Positions 29,170 to 39,195 of a DNA stretch of 64,000 bases are shown one piece after another (within the stretch, counting starts at the first letter, position 1; every line of letters begins with the position of its first letter). The DNA is taken from IMG/VR virus record IMGVR_UViG_3300011008_000999; one strand, given 5' to 3'. A program made the position numbers and the translations under genes. Under the pieces are notes generated by a model. The model saw nothing but the letters and a program-made list of their open reading frames with translations. It was not told the DNA's origin and ran no database searches. This DNA comes from a virus (Duplodnaviria > Caudoviricetes).

Positions 29170-29679
29170 TCATGGATTTCTTTTCTTACGTTCTAATAAT
29201 GATATAACTACAAAATTTATCATTAGAGCTACTACACATCCTAAACAATCTATTCCTACATCAAGGATCGTGCAACCTCTTCCATTCACAAAATATTGAT
29301 GTAATTCATCAATTCCTGCATATACAAGAGTAAACACGAACGCTAATACATAATACTTAATCTTAGACTTAAATCCATACATAAATCTTAAATGTGTAAA
29401 TATACTAGCACCTAAAAGTCCAAATAACGTAAAATGTGCAAGTTTTCTAATGTTTATAAAGGTAAATAGCTTATTGTTCATTGTAATGAACTCATAGAAT
29501 TTACCACTTAACTTTCCAGATTCCTCTCCAGTTTGTGAAGAAAATAGAAAGATTAAAATCATAAGTAGAATCGATATAAATAAAAATCGATTATGCCTAA
29601 TAGTATGAAATACGTGTCTAACCTTATTACGTGTTTCATTTCGTTCAGCTAAATTCCTTTTAGCAAACTTAAAGTGCAC
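29170..29679 (-). CDS. VanZ-like membrane protein
   Basis: IFLFSSQ..E.S, IRKLAHF, DELHQYFV.GR...DVGID. Confidence 0.85.
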   Translation of the reverse strand: MHFKFAKRNLAERNETRNKVRHVFHTIRHNRFLFISILLMILIFLFSSQTGEESGKLSGKFYEFITMNNKLFTFINIRKLAHFTLFGLLGASIFTHLRFMYGFKSKIKYYVLAFVFTLVYAGIDELHQYFVNGRGCTILDVGIDCLGCVVALMINFVVISLLERKKRNP

Positions 29680-29705
29680 GAGTCATATTCTCCCTTCATA
29701 ACATC

Positions 29706-29740
29706 TAATAGGGTACCAATTAGATATTGATACCCTATTA
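29706..29740 (-). terminator. intrinsic terminator-like hairpin
   Basis: TAATAGGGTA...TACCCTATTA. Confidence 0.65.
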
Positions 29741-29749
29741 TTTACATAT

Positions 29750-30034
29750 TTAATTTTTTCTTACTGCGTCTAATCGAGCTCTACACTCAGCTTTCTGCTC
29801 TTCAGTTAATACTCTAGGCTGTCTAAACGAGAGTAACTTTTTAGGAAACTCATACGTTTTAGATAATTCATCTTCTTTAACAACCTTATAAGTATCTGGA
29901 AATTTCTTAACTAGAGCATCAAGTTTACGTATGTACACAGGATCAGCAGTATAAACAGAAGCAATTTTCGTTTCAGCATCTGTTGTTACAATAGTTTCCT
30001 GCTCGCATCTTAATAAATGATGTACCATACGCAA
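29750..30034 (-). CDS. hypothetical protein
   Basis: EQETIV...ASVYT.D...RKL; AAGGAG RBS. Confidence 0.65.
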   Translation of the reverse strand: MRMVHHLLRCEQETIVTTDAETKIASVYTADPVYIRKLDALVKKFPDTYKVVKEDELSKTYEFPKKLLSFRQPRVLTEEQKAECRARLDAVRKN

Positions 30035-30041
30035 CTCCTTA

Positions 30042-32135
30042 TTATACTGAATGTACTTCTACAATTTCTTCACCCTTTTTGAGGTAAATTACTTTCTTAC
30101 CACCAGCTCCTCTTCCCTGAGGCTTACCAGTTTCAATTACCTCTTTGCGACCATTATTTGTAGTAATTTCAATCTTCTCATTTGTATCTTTCAAAAGCTT
30201 GATAGAGAAAATTTCGTCTGTATCAGACTTAAGACCACAAATAGTAGTACCAATTACCTTACTAAGCTTGAGTGTTGACTTAACTTCACCCATCTTACCA
30301 AGACCTTCTTTAGTAACGAAGTAGATGTATGGAAGATCAACATCTTCTGAGTAGATTGCAATAATCTTCTCATCTCCAATTTCAGGTCTAATAGTATTGA
30401 TTACTGTACCAGATGCAGTAGGCATACACTTATCAATCATATTTGAGAATACCTTATACATCTGACCTTTATTAGAAACAAGTACAATCTTCTGATTACC
30501 AGAAACCTTAACAGTCTTCTCATCTTCTTCTGTCTGACGGAACTTCATAACATCAATTCTCTTCAAGCAGTTTTCAGAAGTAAGAACAACCATAAATTCT
30601 TTCTTAGGTTTAAGTGAATCAGGCTTAGCAATCTTAGCAGGTCTATTTTCATCAGAAGAATTATCAACTACTACATCAATAACCTCAGTCTTACGTTCCC
30701 AAGCATATTTTTCAATAAGTGCATTGAATCTGCCAAGGAAGTACTTTTCCTGAGATTTCTTATTTACTAACAGATCTTCATTAAGTTTCTTCTGAGTTTC
30801 AAGAGTCTTCTTTTCATCATGAAGCTTAACCTGTTCAAGATTTGCGAGTCTACCAAGAGGTGTATGTACAATGTAATCTGCCTGACGTTCAGAGAACTTA
30901 TATTTCTTCATTCCCATAATAGCGAGCTTAGCATCTTCCATTGACTTGGACTTCTTAATAGTAGCAATGATTTCATCAATAATCTCAAGAGCATTAAGTA
31001 AGCCATCAAGTAGCTCAAGTCTAGCATTAATCTCATCAAGATTAAACTGAGCTTCTTTAATTACCATTGCAATATTACCTTTAACGAAGTTTTCCATATA
31101 ATGCTGGAAGGTAATAAGTACAGGCTTACCATTCTCATCAACAGCTTTATGCTCATCAGAGATATTGATCTGAAGACATGTCTTCTTGAATAACTGATCA
31201 AGTGTATATTCAGCAGTACCATCTTCACATTCAATTTCGATCTTAAAACCTTTCTTACCACACAAGTTACTTACATCTGTAATTGTGTTGGCATTATTAT
31301 TAAGATACTTCTTAACATCGTCAATGAACTGCTCAGGATAAACCTGATAAGGAAGTGAAAGAATACGAATAGTATTTCCATCAATTTCAGTCTTACCTCT
31401 AAGACGAATAGTACCTTTACCAGTCTCATAAAGAGCCTTCATCTTAGACTTATTGATAATAACACCACCAGTAGGGAAGTCAGGGTACATATTAGAACAA
31501 TCAGTTTTACCTGTCTTAAGATAATTCTCTAACTGTTCTTTGAATTCATATAAGTTACCAGAACTCCAAGAGTTAGAAACTGTATAACCCATACCAGAAG
31601 TATTTGTAATAAAGAGAAGTGGAAGTAATGCCTGCCAGTTTTTAAGAATAGGCTCATCTTCCTCTTCCAAATAGTTGAGACCCATATCAAGAAGCTTCGT
31701 ATTATAGAACAATACATCTTCAGTGAACTTAGAAAGTCTCATTTCAGTGTATCTTGCAGCACCAGGTGTAGGACCACCAATTGCAGAACCAAATGAACCA
31801 TGTCCATCAATATACGGAATATGATAGATATAGTCTGCTGCCATACGAGCAAGAGCGCCATAAGATCCACCATGAGGTGAGAATGACATTACTTCACCTT
31901 CAACTTTAGCGGACTTGGTGTAGGGTTTATTTGATCTACGACCATTAACCCACATTGCCCATAAAGCATGACCAGCAATAGGTTTAAAACCTGGAGCTAA
32001 ATATGCAAATGCACGGTGTAAGTTAACTTCATTAGCATATACTACGAAGTCTTTACACATTTCATCTTTAAGATTCATCTGGCGCAACTTAAATACACCA
32101 GTTGAAGTCTCTTCAGTATGTTTTGCTCTCGCCAT
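30042..32135 (-). CDS. type II topoisomerase subunit A (GyrA/ParC-like)
   Basis: GFKP, KSAKV.GEV, PHG, GSFGS, AARYTE catalytic Tyr, PDFPTGG, shortened C-terminal pinwheel. Confidence 0.93.
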   Translation of the reverse strand: MARAKHTEETSTGVFKLRQMNLKDEMCKDFVVYANEVNLHRAFAYLAPGFKPIAGHALWAMWVNGRRSNKPYTKSAKVEGEVMSFSPHGGSYGALARMAADYIYHIPYIDGHGSFGSAIGGPTPGAARYTEMRLSKFTEDVLFYNTKLLDMGLNYLEEEDEPILKNWQALLPLLFITNTSGMGYTVSNSWSSGNLYEFKEQLENYLKTGKTDCSNMYPDFPTGGVIINKSKMKALYETGKGTIRLRGKTEIDGNTIRILSLPYQVYPEQFIDDVKKYLNNNANTITDVSNLCGKKGFKIEIECEDGTAEYTLDQLFKKTCLQINISDEHKAVDENGKPVLITFQHYMENFVKGNIAMVIKEAQFNLDEINARLELLDGLLNALEIIDEIIATIKKSKSMEDAKLAIMGMKKYKFSERQADYIVHTPLGRLANLEQVKLHDEKKTLETQKKLNEDLLVNKKSQEKYFLGRFNALIEKYAWERKTEVIDVVVDNSSDENRPAKIAKPDSLKPKKEFMVVLTSENCLKRIDVMKFRQTEEDEKTVKVSGNQKIVLVSNKGQMYKVFSNMIDKCMPTASGTVINTIRPEIGDEKIIAIYSEDVDLPYIYFVTKEGLGKMGEVKSTLKLSKVIGTTICGLKSDTDEIFSIKLLKDTNEKIEITTNNGRKEVIETGKPQGRGAGGKKVIYLKKGEEIVEVHSV

Positions 32136-32160
32136 GTTTAATTCTCCTTGTTTTTATGAT

Positions 32161-32194
32161 ATTATACCACAATCTGTTTTACAAATAAATAGTT
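32161..32194 (-). promoter_or_regulatory. variant of the conserved promoter
   Basis: AACTATTTATT-N17-TATAAT. Confidence 0.7.
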
Positions 32195-32205
32195 CTTCAT
32201 AAAAT

Positions 32206-32233
32206 TCTCAGAGAGATTTTCATCTCCCTGAGA
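32206..32233. terminator. hairpin between the topoisomerase genes
   Basis: TCTCAG.GAGAT...ATCTC.CTGAGA. Confidence 0.5.
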
Positions 32234-32240
32234 CTTTGTT

Positions 32241-34154
32241 TTATTCATCGTAATCTGTGCAATGATCTTCAAGATATACACGTCTAGGTTCAACGTCTGC
32301 ACCTTTGAACATTTCAAGATACTCATTAAACTCTTCCATATTGTCAGTAACTAACTGAACAAGATCACGAGTTTCAGGATTTACTAACTGCTCATAAGCC
32401 TCTTCCTGAGTCAACTCACCAAGACCTTTTGCACGAGCCAGTTTGTAAGGTTTCTTGTTATTCTTTTTCCAATTCTCAAGTTCAGCATCAGTCTGGAATA
32501 ACAAGTATGAATCATCACTGAATGTTACTTTATACAAAGCACCATGTACACGATAAATATGTCCATTAGAAATAAGTTCAGGACATAACCAGTTAAATAC
32601 TGTAAGCAGAAGTAATGCAATATCATAACCATCAGCATCTTCATCAGTAGCGATAATTATATACTGATATCTCAACTTCTTAGGATCGTAAATAATCTTA
32701 CCAGTAGATTTATCAATGTCAAGACCTAATGCCTTAACAATGTTTGCGATTTCTGCATTACCGAGAACCTTATCTGGTGCAGCTTTCTGACAACAAAGAA
32801 TTTTACCTCTAATAGGGAAGCAAGCCTGGAACTCAGAATCTTTAACTGCATTAATTGAAGATCCAGCAGAATCACCTTCTACTATATATAACTCACATTT
32901 AGATCTATCTTTCTTGTTCTTAGGATAAGCATCTGAAAGCTTAGACGGAAGATCAACAAATATAGATTTCTTATTTACTTTACCTGCATCACGAATCTTT
33001 TCCTTTGCTTTCTGAGCAGCTTCTCTAGCACGTCTTGCCTGAAGAGCTCTTTCAACAATAATCTTCGCATCAGCAGGATTGTTAATAAGCCAAGTAGCAA
33101 AATCACCACCAACAACTGAGTTGATAATCTTTGCATCAATATCATCGATACGAGATTTATTCTGCGCATCATACTTAGCAGTTGTTGTAGTCATATTACA
33201 TACTACATAAAGACCTTCTGCAATTTCAGCATTATTGAAGTTTCTGTCATTCTTCTTAAGAAGACCAACATCTGTAGCATACTTATTAACCGCCTTAACG
33301 AAAGCTGTATGGAATGCTTTAATATGTTCACCTGCATCAGTAAGACCGAGGTTTACATAAGCATCAATACTTTCAGCGTAGTCAGAAGTATAAGTAATAC
33401 AGATATTAAGTCTGTCTTTACCAATAGCACGATTCATTACAAATCTATTAGAGAATAATTCTTTTCCCTTAACCTTACGATCAACATAAGCATTGATTCC
33501 GCCAGGCTCAGCAAAAGTCATCTCTGTTCCATCCATAGTGAACTCAATTGTAAGTTCAGGACAAAGTGCTGCGATTACTTCAAAATGTGATTTGAGAAGA
33601 GTATCATCTGGTACATTCTCTCCAAAGAACTGTGGATCTGGATGCCATGTAACAATTGTACCAGAATCATGTTTAATCTTACCAACTTTTCTCTTCTTAA
33701 AGATACCATCTACGAAGTCAAGTTCCTCATATTGACCATCACGATAGGTAATAACATTAAGACTAGAACTTAACCAGTTAGTAAGTTTAGCACCAATACC
33801 ATTAAGACCAAGTGCAGTACCTTCATAAACACCGTCCGCTGAAGTCTTACCAGAAGTATTGAGCTTGTCAAAGGATCTCTGAAGAATTGTTTCTCCATCT
33901 TCATCAATACCTGCATTAACGATGAAACCTTGGCCGTTATCTTCAACGATATAGGTATTTGATTTTGTGTCGATAGTAATCTTTATCTTATTACCATGAC
34001 CAATTGCATGTTCATCGACTGCATTGGCAAAGATCTCTTTAACGAGGTTAGTATTTTTCTTACTAGAACCAAGATAAGTACTTGGTACTCTTCGAGTAAA
34101 CTCTCTCGGAGTTTCAGTAACAATACTGTCTTCGGTATATAGATTTTTACCCAT
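32241..34154 (-). CDS. type II topoisomerase subunit B (GyrB/ParE-like)
   Basis: EIFANAVDE, DNGQG, GLNGIG, EGDSAG, PIRGKI, TDEDADG, KGLGE. Confidence 0.95.
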   Translation of the reverse strand: MGKNLYTEDSIVTETPREFTRRVPSTYLGSSKKNTNLVKEIFANAVDEHAIGHGNKIKITIDTKSNTYIVEDNGQGFIVNAGIDEDGETILQRSFDKLNTSGKTSADGVYEGTALGLNGIGAKLTNWLSSSLNVITYRDGQYEELDFVDGIFKKRKVGKIKHDSGTIVTWHPDPQFFGENVPDDTLLKSHFEVIAALCPELTIEFTMDGTEMTFAEPGGINAYVDRKVKGKELFSNRFVMNRAIGKDRLNICITYTSDYAESIDAYVNLGLTDAGEHIKAFHTAFVKAVNKYATDVGLLKKNDRNFNNAEIAEGLYVVCNMTTTTAKYDAQNKSRIDDIDAKIINSVVGGDFATWLINNPADAKIIVERALQARRAREAAQKAKEKIRDAGKVNKKSIFVDLPSKLSDAYPKNKKDRSKCELYIVEGDSAGSSINAVKDSEFQACFPIRGKILCCQKAAPDKVLGNAEIANIVKALGLDIDKSTGKIIYDPKKLRYQYIIIATDEDADGYDIALLLLTVFNWLCPELISNGHIYRVHGALYKVTFSDDSYLLFQTDAELENWKKNNKKPYKLARAKGLGELTQEEAYEQLVNPETRDLVQLVTDNMEEFNEYLEMFKGADVEPRRVYLEDHCTDYDE

Positions 34155-34188
34155 TACTACATTCCTTTCTACATTAATCTACTATTTT

Positions 34189-34222
34189 ATTATATCAAGT
34201 TATATTCAATTTGTAAATAGTT
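34189..34222 (-). promoter_or_regulatory. conserved sigmaA-like promoter
   Basis: AACTATTTACA-N17-TATAAT. Confidence 0.85.
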
Positions 34223-34750
34223 TTACGCAAAAACCGCTTTAGGTTCAGTCTCATTCTTAAAAGCGAGTATCATGTCTATAATTGTAGGAATATCTTGAGT
34301 AGCATCAATAATAATATCACATATTTTATTGAAGTCTCTAAACATGTACCAATCATTATCAAGTCTACCTAAAATATCTGGACCTTTATCACCTCTAGCT
34401 AACATTCTAGATGCACAATCACAAGGTTCGAGATCAAGACCAATAACCTTAAAGTTCTTATAACCATTTTCTTTAAGAGTCTCAATACCTGCCGGATCTA
34501 CAATGTAAAAGTCACAACCATCTAACATTTCACCAGTAACACAATAATCGTATCCATTAAAGTGTGTATAAGCTACTTTGTTAACAAGCTTATCAAACTC
34601 TTCTATTGTGATATAAGTATGTCCACCTTCTCCAGGATAGCGTGGAGGTCTAGTTGTATAACTGTCAGGTGATTTATATCCAAGCTTATTAAGCTCAGAT
34701 ACTACTGTACTTTTACCACAACCACTCGGTCCAATAATACAATATAACAT
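34223..34750 (-). CDS. gmk: guanylate kinase
   Basis: GPSGCGKST, SYTTRPPR..E, RM..RGD; start placed at 34750 by AGGAG RBS. Confidence 0.85.
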   Translation of the reverse strand: MLYCIIGPSGCGKSTVVSELNKLGYKSPDSYTTRPPRYPGEGGHTYITIEEFDKLVNKVAYTHFNGYDYCVTGEMLDGCDFYIVDPAGIETLKENGYKNFKVIGLDLEPCDCASRMLARGDKGPDILGRLDNDWYMFRDFNKICDIIIDATQDIPTIIDMILAFKNETEPKAVFA

Positions 34751-34915
34751 ATACATTCTCCTTTTTAACCATAAATAGTTCTTCGTTCGCAAACTAATAA
34801 AATTAACTACTTTACCACTATTATTTTGATGGTAAAATAGTCAATTTTTATTTATTCATTAAATAGATTTTCGATCTCTTTTTACTTCGAAAGTCTCCTC
34901 TCTAAAAATATAAAT

Positions 34916-34954
34916 AAAAGAGAGCTAGCATTCAAAAAGAATACTAGTTCTCTT
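34916..34954 (-). terminator. intrinsic terminator
   Basis: AAGAGAACTAGTATTC...GAATGCTAGCTCTCTTTT on the minus strand. Confidence 0.6.
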
Positions 34955-34974
34955 CTTATATTATTAAATAGCCT

Positions 34975-36363
34975 TTAAAGATTGTTAATTTTGCCAATAA
35001 AGAGACATTCATGAGTCTCAGTATCATAGATCATAAATACAAATGGACGATCGAGAATAATCTCATGTACTTCTGTATTTCTAACAGGCATAACACTCTT
35101 CTCAAGTGTAATTGCAGTTACTGCTGCTGCTTCAGTTCCAGTAGGATTAACATCTATAAATGTCTTCTGAATAACATCTGATACAGAAACAGGTGTATCA
35201 CAAAGACAATTTGTATAGTCATTATTTCCTGCTCTAAATGCTGGAGCTAATCCATTATTGTAAAGTGCATTAAAAATATGGTTCTCATCTTCGATTCTAA
35301 ACTGAGGAATACCAATATTTACATCATATCCATATACTGCATTACTAAGCATATCATCAAGATCAAGCTCAGATACAGAAAAATCAGTATCAGCCTTAGG
35401 AAGAATACCAACAAATACCATATTAGAATTTGCATAAGGCTTCATAAATGCCTCGCACCAGTTACTCTCATAATATGTATCAAGACCATATTCATACATC
35501 ATAGTTACATTAGAAGTAGATCCATCTGCATTTGTAAATACTGCATCTCTGCAATTGTTTTCAGTAAACTCTGTTTCCCAATTACTAAGGAAATAAATAG
35601 AATTGATGAGAACTCCATCATTCATTGCAAGAGTTTCAGGTGTAATAATAAAAGGAATCTTTCCGTCAGTAGCGCCTTCACACCAAGAATTGATTATATC
35701 TGCGCTTGCAGGATCAGTAAAATCTAAAGACTGAGTTCTACCATAATAATACTGACTAAGAATTGTTCTGTAATAATCAGTAGGAGTAGTTCCATAATTA
35801 AACCATGCACTATTTGCTATACTAAGAGGCGTAGTATCATCTGAAAACATATATCTTGAAATAAGCGCATTGTTTCTAGCTCTAATTCCAAGAAGTGTAT
35901 TAGGATAATTCGCACTGCTTAGATACTGAATAAGCGCATTATATGATTCTGTATCATCATTTGCACCTTCGAGCAAAAGTGAAAGTGCCATATTCAAACT
36001 TGTTTCACTGAGAATAGTATTTCCCATAGGATCATTATTCTCACGATCTACATAATCAAGAATTTTTGTAATATTCTGAAGAGAATAATCATCATTAAAT
36101 TCGTAATCAGTATTGACAATAAAATCAAATTCATTATCATTTAATGCAGATACAACACTATCATCTGCAGATATTTTTTGCGTCTTATTATCATCGATAA
36201 TCTGCTTTGGATTTGTGTTATTGTTTACATCTGTATCTGATATAATTGTATCTGATATAGGCTCCGGCTCATCTGGAAGTACTCTAGCATTATTTCCACA
36301 TCCAGTAAGCATAGAAAATACCATTGCGACACAAAGTGTAATTGCTGTAAAACGCTTTTTCAT
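34975..36363 (-). CDS. serpin (serine protease inhibitor) lipoprotein
   Basis: MLTGC lipobox; INSW...TDGKIP, NSIYF..W..F, GTEAAAVT hinge, DRPFVFMI, LFIG. Confidence 0.92.
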   Translation of the reverse strand: MKKRFTAITLCVAMVFSMLTGCGNNARVLPDEPEPISDTIISDTDVNNNTNPKQIIDDNKTQKISADDSVVSALNDNEFDFIVNTDYEFNDDYSLQNITKILDYVDRENNDPMGNTILSETSLNMALSLLLEGANDDTESYNALIQYLSSANYPNTLLGIRARNNALISRYMFSDDTTPLSIANSAWFNYGTTPTDYYRTILSQYYYGRTQSLDFTDPASADIINSWCEGATDGKIPFIITPETLAMNDGVLINSIYFLSNWETEFTENNCRDAVFTNADGSTSNVTMMYEYGLDTYYESNWCEAFMKPYANSNMVFVGILPKADTDFSVSELDLDDMLSNAVYGYDVNIGIPQFRIEDENHIFNALYNNGLAPAFRAGNNDYTNCLCDTPVSVSDVIQKTFIDVNPTGTEAAAVTAITLEKSVMPVRNTEVHEIILDRPFVFMIYDTETHECLFIGKINNL

Positions 36364-36378
36364 AAATCTCTCCTTTAG

Positions 36379-37089
36379 TTAACTAGTTACAAATAATTTT
36401 TTATAATCACACCAATCAGGTGGATTTAACTGTGGAAGTGTAGTAGGGAAACCATTAATATCATTGATTTCTTCAATAAGATCACTATCTTTTTTAGGAA
36501 CTTCAACACCACACGCAAGTTTAGCAATCCTATCTACATATTCATTTCCTTGAATATCTGTGTGTCCATAGACATGTCTAAAAGAAATGTGATAACCTTG
36601 ACCACGGAGTTTATCTACAAATGTAGCATAATTACTATTATAGAACTTTTTAGCGGACCACACTTTATCTGCCCAATTAGCAATTCCTTCATAATCATAA
36701 TAGATCACAATTTCTTTGTATTGTTTGATTTTAAGGTACTTAAGCGTTTCGTATGCAGCACGTACTTCTCCTTCAACATTACGACCGCTATCAGTCATCT
36801 TAAATCTACCACAAATAATTTTCTTTTTGTTTCCGTGCATTAAAAAAGAAGCATATCCGCAGGTTTCATCAGAAGGATTATAACTACCATCAACATAAAC
36901 TATAATCGCATCTTCTGAAGTTTCATCTGGTTGAACCTGGGTTCTATTCAGATATGTCTCAGCTTCTTCTTTTGTCATAAAAGACTTATATTCAGCACAT
37001 GGAAAATGCTTGATCTGAGCTTCACACTCAGACCAAGTATTAAATAATCCAGTTTGTCGTCCAACACGTACTGCATAAACTTTAGACAT
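36379..37089 (-). CDS. rnhA: ribonuclease HI with N-terminal hybrid-binding (viroplasmin) domain
   Basis: YAVRVGRQTGLFNTWSEC; YVDGS, RNVEGE, YYDYEG, HVYGH..GNEYVD. Confidence 0.9.
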   Translation of the reverse strand: MSKVYAVRVGRQTGLFNTWSECEAQIKHFPCAEYKSFMTKEEAETYLNRTQVQPDETSEDAIIVYVDGSYNPSDETCGYASFLMHGNKKKIICGRFKMTDSGRNVEGEVRAAYETLKYLKIKQYKEIVIYYDYEGIANWADKVWSAKKFYNSNYATFVDKLRGQGYHISFRHVYGHTDIQGNEYVDRIAKLACGVEVPKKDSDLIEEINDINGFPTTLPQLNPPDWCDYKKLFVTS

Positions 37090-37619
37090 TAAAATCTCTC
37101 CAATTCTTTTGTTATTACAATATGATAGTTTGAATCTACAATGGTACGATAATTACGATAATTAGCATCTTTAATAGGATCAAAACTCAAAATAGTGGAA
37201 ATGATAAGATCATTAGACTTATATTCTCTATTTGTATATGTGTATATATTAGACTCGCGTTCAAATAAAGTATTTAATTCATACTCACAAGCATCTCGAA
37301 TAAGTTTAACTATATCATCATCAATATTAATTTCTTTAAGAGCTTGCCAGTTAGGCTGAACTACTACTGATTGAAGTAAATATTCTTCTGGAGTGAAATA
37401 AAGAGAAATATCTGCATAATCTATTCCGTAGAAATTATCAGTTACAGTAAGAATACCAGCTCGCTTAGAAAATAATCCATTACGAGGAGCTTCAAACTTA
37501 ATAAGTCTATCCTTAAGTTTATCATAAGCGGTTTCATACGTATCTTTTCTTACCGTAATTTCTATTTCTGGAAGTAAGTTAATAGCGTCAAATATTACTG
37601 AATTCTTTTCAATTCTCAC
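37089..37619 (-). CDS. hypothetical protein
   Basis: 176 aa, translationally coupled. Confidence 0.6.
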   Translation of the reverse strand: MRIEKNSVIFDAINLLPEIEITVRKDTYETAYDKLKDRLIKFEAPRNGLFSKRAGILTVTDNFYGIDYADISLYFTPEEYLLQSVVVQPNWQALKEINIDDDIVKLIRDACEYELNTLFERESNIYTYTNREYKSNDLIISTILSFDPIKDANYRNYRTIVDSNYHIVITKELERF

Positions 37620-38212
37620 TTTGTCTCCTTATCTGCCTGCCATACTTCAAGGCCACTCATATACTTTCTAGATGCGATATAATCTGCAATATGGATCATT
37701 TTTTCAAAATCTGTTCTAGGTTTACTCATAGCTACACTAGAATACTTAGATGTACACCACTTACCCATGTGAGTACGAATTGCATCACAAATCATTGTAA
37801 CTGTAAGATCATCAATCTTATCAGCTTCAAGATGTTCTCTTACAAAATCCGCCGCACAAAGAGGATGCTCAAAGACTGTATGGTCACAATAAGAACCATC
37901 TTCCTTTACCTTACCATGTTTAAGACCATCATGGAAAAGCGCGGCCACTCTTGCAATATCTCTATTTGCAGGAGTATCTCTCACAAACATTTCAGTCTCT
38001 ACAAGATCCATAGCACATCTGCAAACCATAAGAGTGTGTCTCAACAGACCACCTTCACCAAGGCTAATTGATGGATGATACTTACCAGAAGAACTTGCAG
38101 CTACATGCCAAAAATAATCCGGCAGATCCTCAGTCATCTTTTTAGTAGACTTCTTAAGTTTGTCATTAGTGATCTGCTCAATCTCATTCATAAATTGTTT
38201 TTTGTAGTCCAT
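37616..38212 (-). CDS. HD-domain phosphohydrolase (phage YhaM-like type)
   Basis: ASSSGKYHP, GGLLRHT, FHDGLK, HP, HMG.W, HIADY. Confidence 0.8.
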   Translation of the reverse strand: MDYKKQFMNEIEQITNDKLKKSTKKMTEDLPDYFWHVAASSSGKYHPSISLGEGGLLRHTLMVCRCAMDLVETEMFVRDTPANRDIARVAALFHDGLKHGKVKEDGSYCDHTVFEHPLCAADFVREHLEADKIDDLTVTMICDAIRTHMGKWCTSKYSSVAMSKPRTDFEKMIHIADYIASRKYMSGLEVWQADKETK

Positions 38213-38236
38213 TTATTTACTTATCTCCTTCTACAT

Positions 38237-38563
38237 TTATTTATCTCCTTCTATAAAGTTATCTATTTGTTCCATTAGATCTGAATCAATACAGCGACTA
38301 TCTAGATCTTCATAAAGACTGGATAAGTAGTCGCTTTCAGCCATATAACCGCCTTCATCATCAAATGCGACCGCATTACGACGATTAACAGTGTTTATTA
38401 TATTTTGTATTAATGAATCACACGTAGAACAAACCTAAAATCTACCTTCAAATTTTGGGTTTATTGTACGTACTTCACTTCCTTTAGGTATAAATTCATT
38501 GCAGTATTTACACCTATGATCAGTTCTTGTAGTTGTATAATAGTTGTTTTTATAGTTTTTCAT
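38237..38563 (-). pseudogene. zinc-ribbon protein interrupted by an in-frame TAG
   Basis: manual translation HRCKYC...GRF*VCSTC..., TAG at 38435-38437, frame continues to TAA at 38237. Confidence 0.65.
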
Positions 38564-38565
38564 AA

Positions 38566-39123
38566 TTATGCGATCTTTGCATGTCCTGAACGAAGTAGAT
38601 CTACAAAATCCTGTACATAATACTCTTCATGAGAGCAAGTACTTCCATCATACTCATCAGGTACAAAATTAAATTTATAGTTATCTACCACATTTCTATT
38701 GAAACCTTCTTCAATATGGCAGACTTTGTCAATTCTACTAGTAGGATCACAAGTTACTATTCCCATAAATCTACCACTTACTGCCATCATAGGAACAATA
38801 AAGCGCACATTTTCTACACCTTCACTCATAATTGCCTGACAAAGTTCATCATTTGTGATCCATTCGCCATTAACAAGCTTATCTTTAATACTCTGAATTG
38901 AGATCTTCTTGAAGTTATCAATATAGATCTTATTCTTATTCCAGGTAAAGAACTTACCCTTCTTATCTTCTCTTACTGTACGCTTAAACTCACGATACTC
39001 ACCATTAACAGTAGTTTCTACACATACAGTAGTTTCACAAAGATTATTTCTCCAAACTTTAATTACTTCATTGCCACAGTCATACAAATAAGTCATGTTA
39101 TCTACCTCCAATAGAATAAACAT
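38566..39123 (-). CDS. hypothetical protein
   Basis: 185 aa; GGAGG RBS suggests a start at MTYLY. Confidence 0.65.
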   Translation of the reverse strand: MFILLEVDNMTYLYDCGNEVIKVWRNNLCETTVCVETTVNGEYREFKRTVREDKKGKFFTWNKNKIYIDNFKKISIQSIKDKLVNGEWITNDELCQAIMSEGVENVRFIVPMMAVSGRFMGIVTCDPTSRIDKVCHIEEGFNRNVVDNYKFNFVPDEYDGSTCSHEEYYVQDFVDLLRSGHAKIA

Positions 39124-39142
39124 TAATTGTTCCTATAGTGAT

Positions 39143-39176
39143 ATTATAACATGACTCTTATGTTTTGTAAATAGTT
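39143..39176 (-). promoter_or_regulatory. conserved sigmaA-like promoter
   Basis: AACTATTTACA-N17-TATAAT. Confidence 0.85.
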
Positions 39177-39195
39177 TTTGTTCATATTGAGTTTT

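Noticed and set aside
38435-38437. Genome-wide TAG recoding (code 15)
   Set aside because: Long genes are intact in code 11, and TAG terminates several genes (178, 3507, 5702, 10408, 54503, 60502). Only one internal TAG was found.
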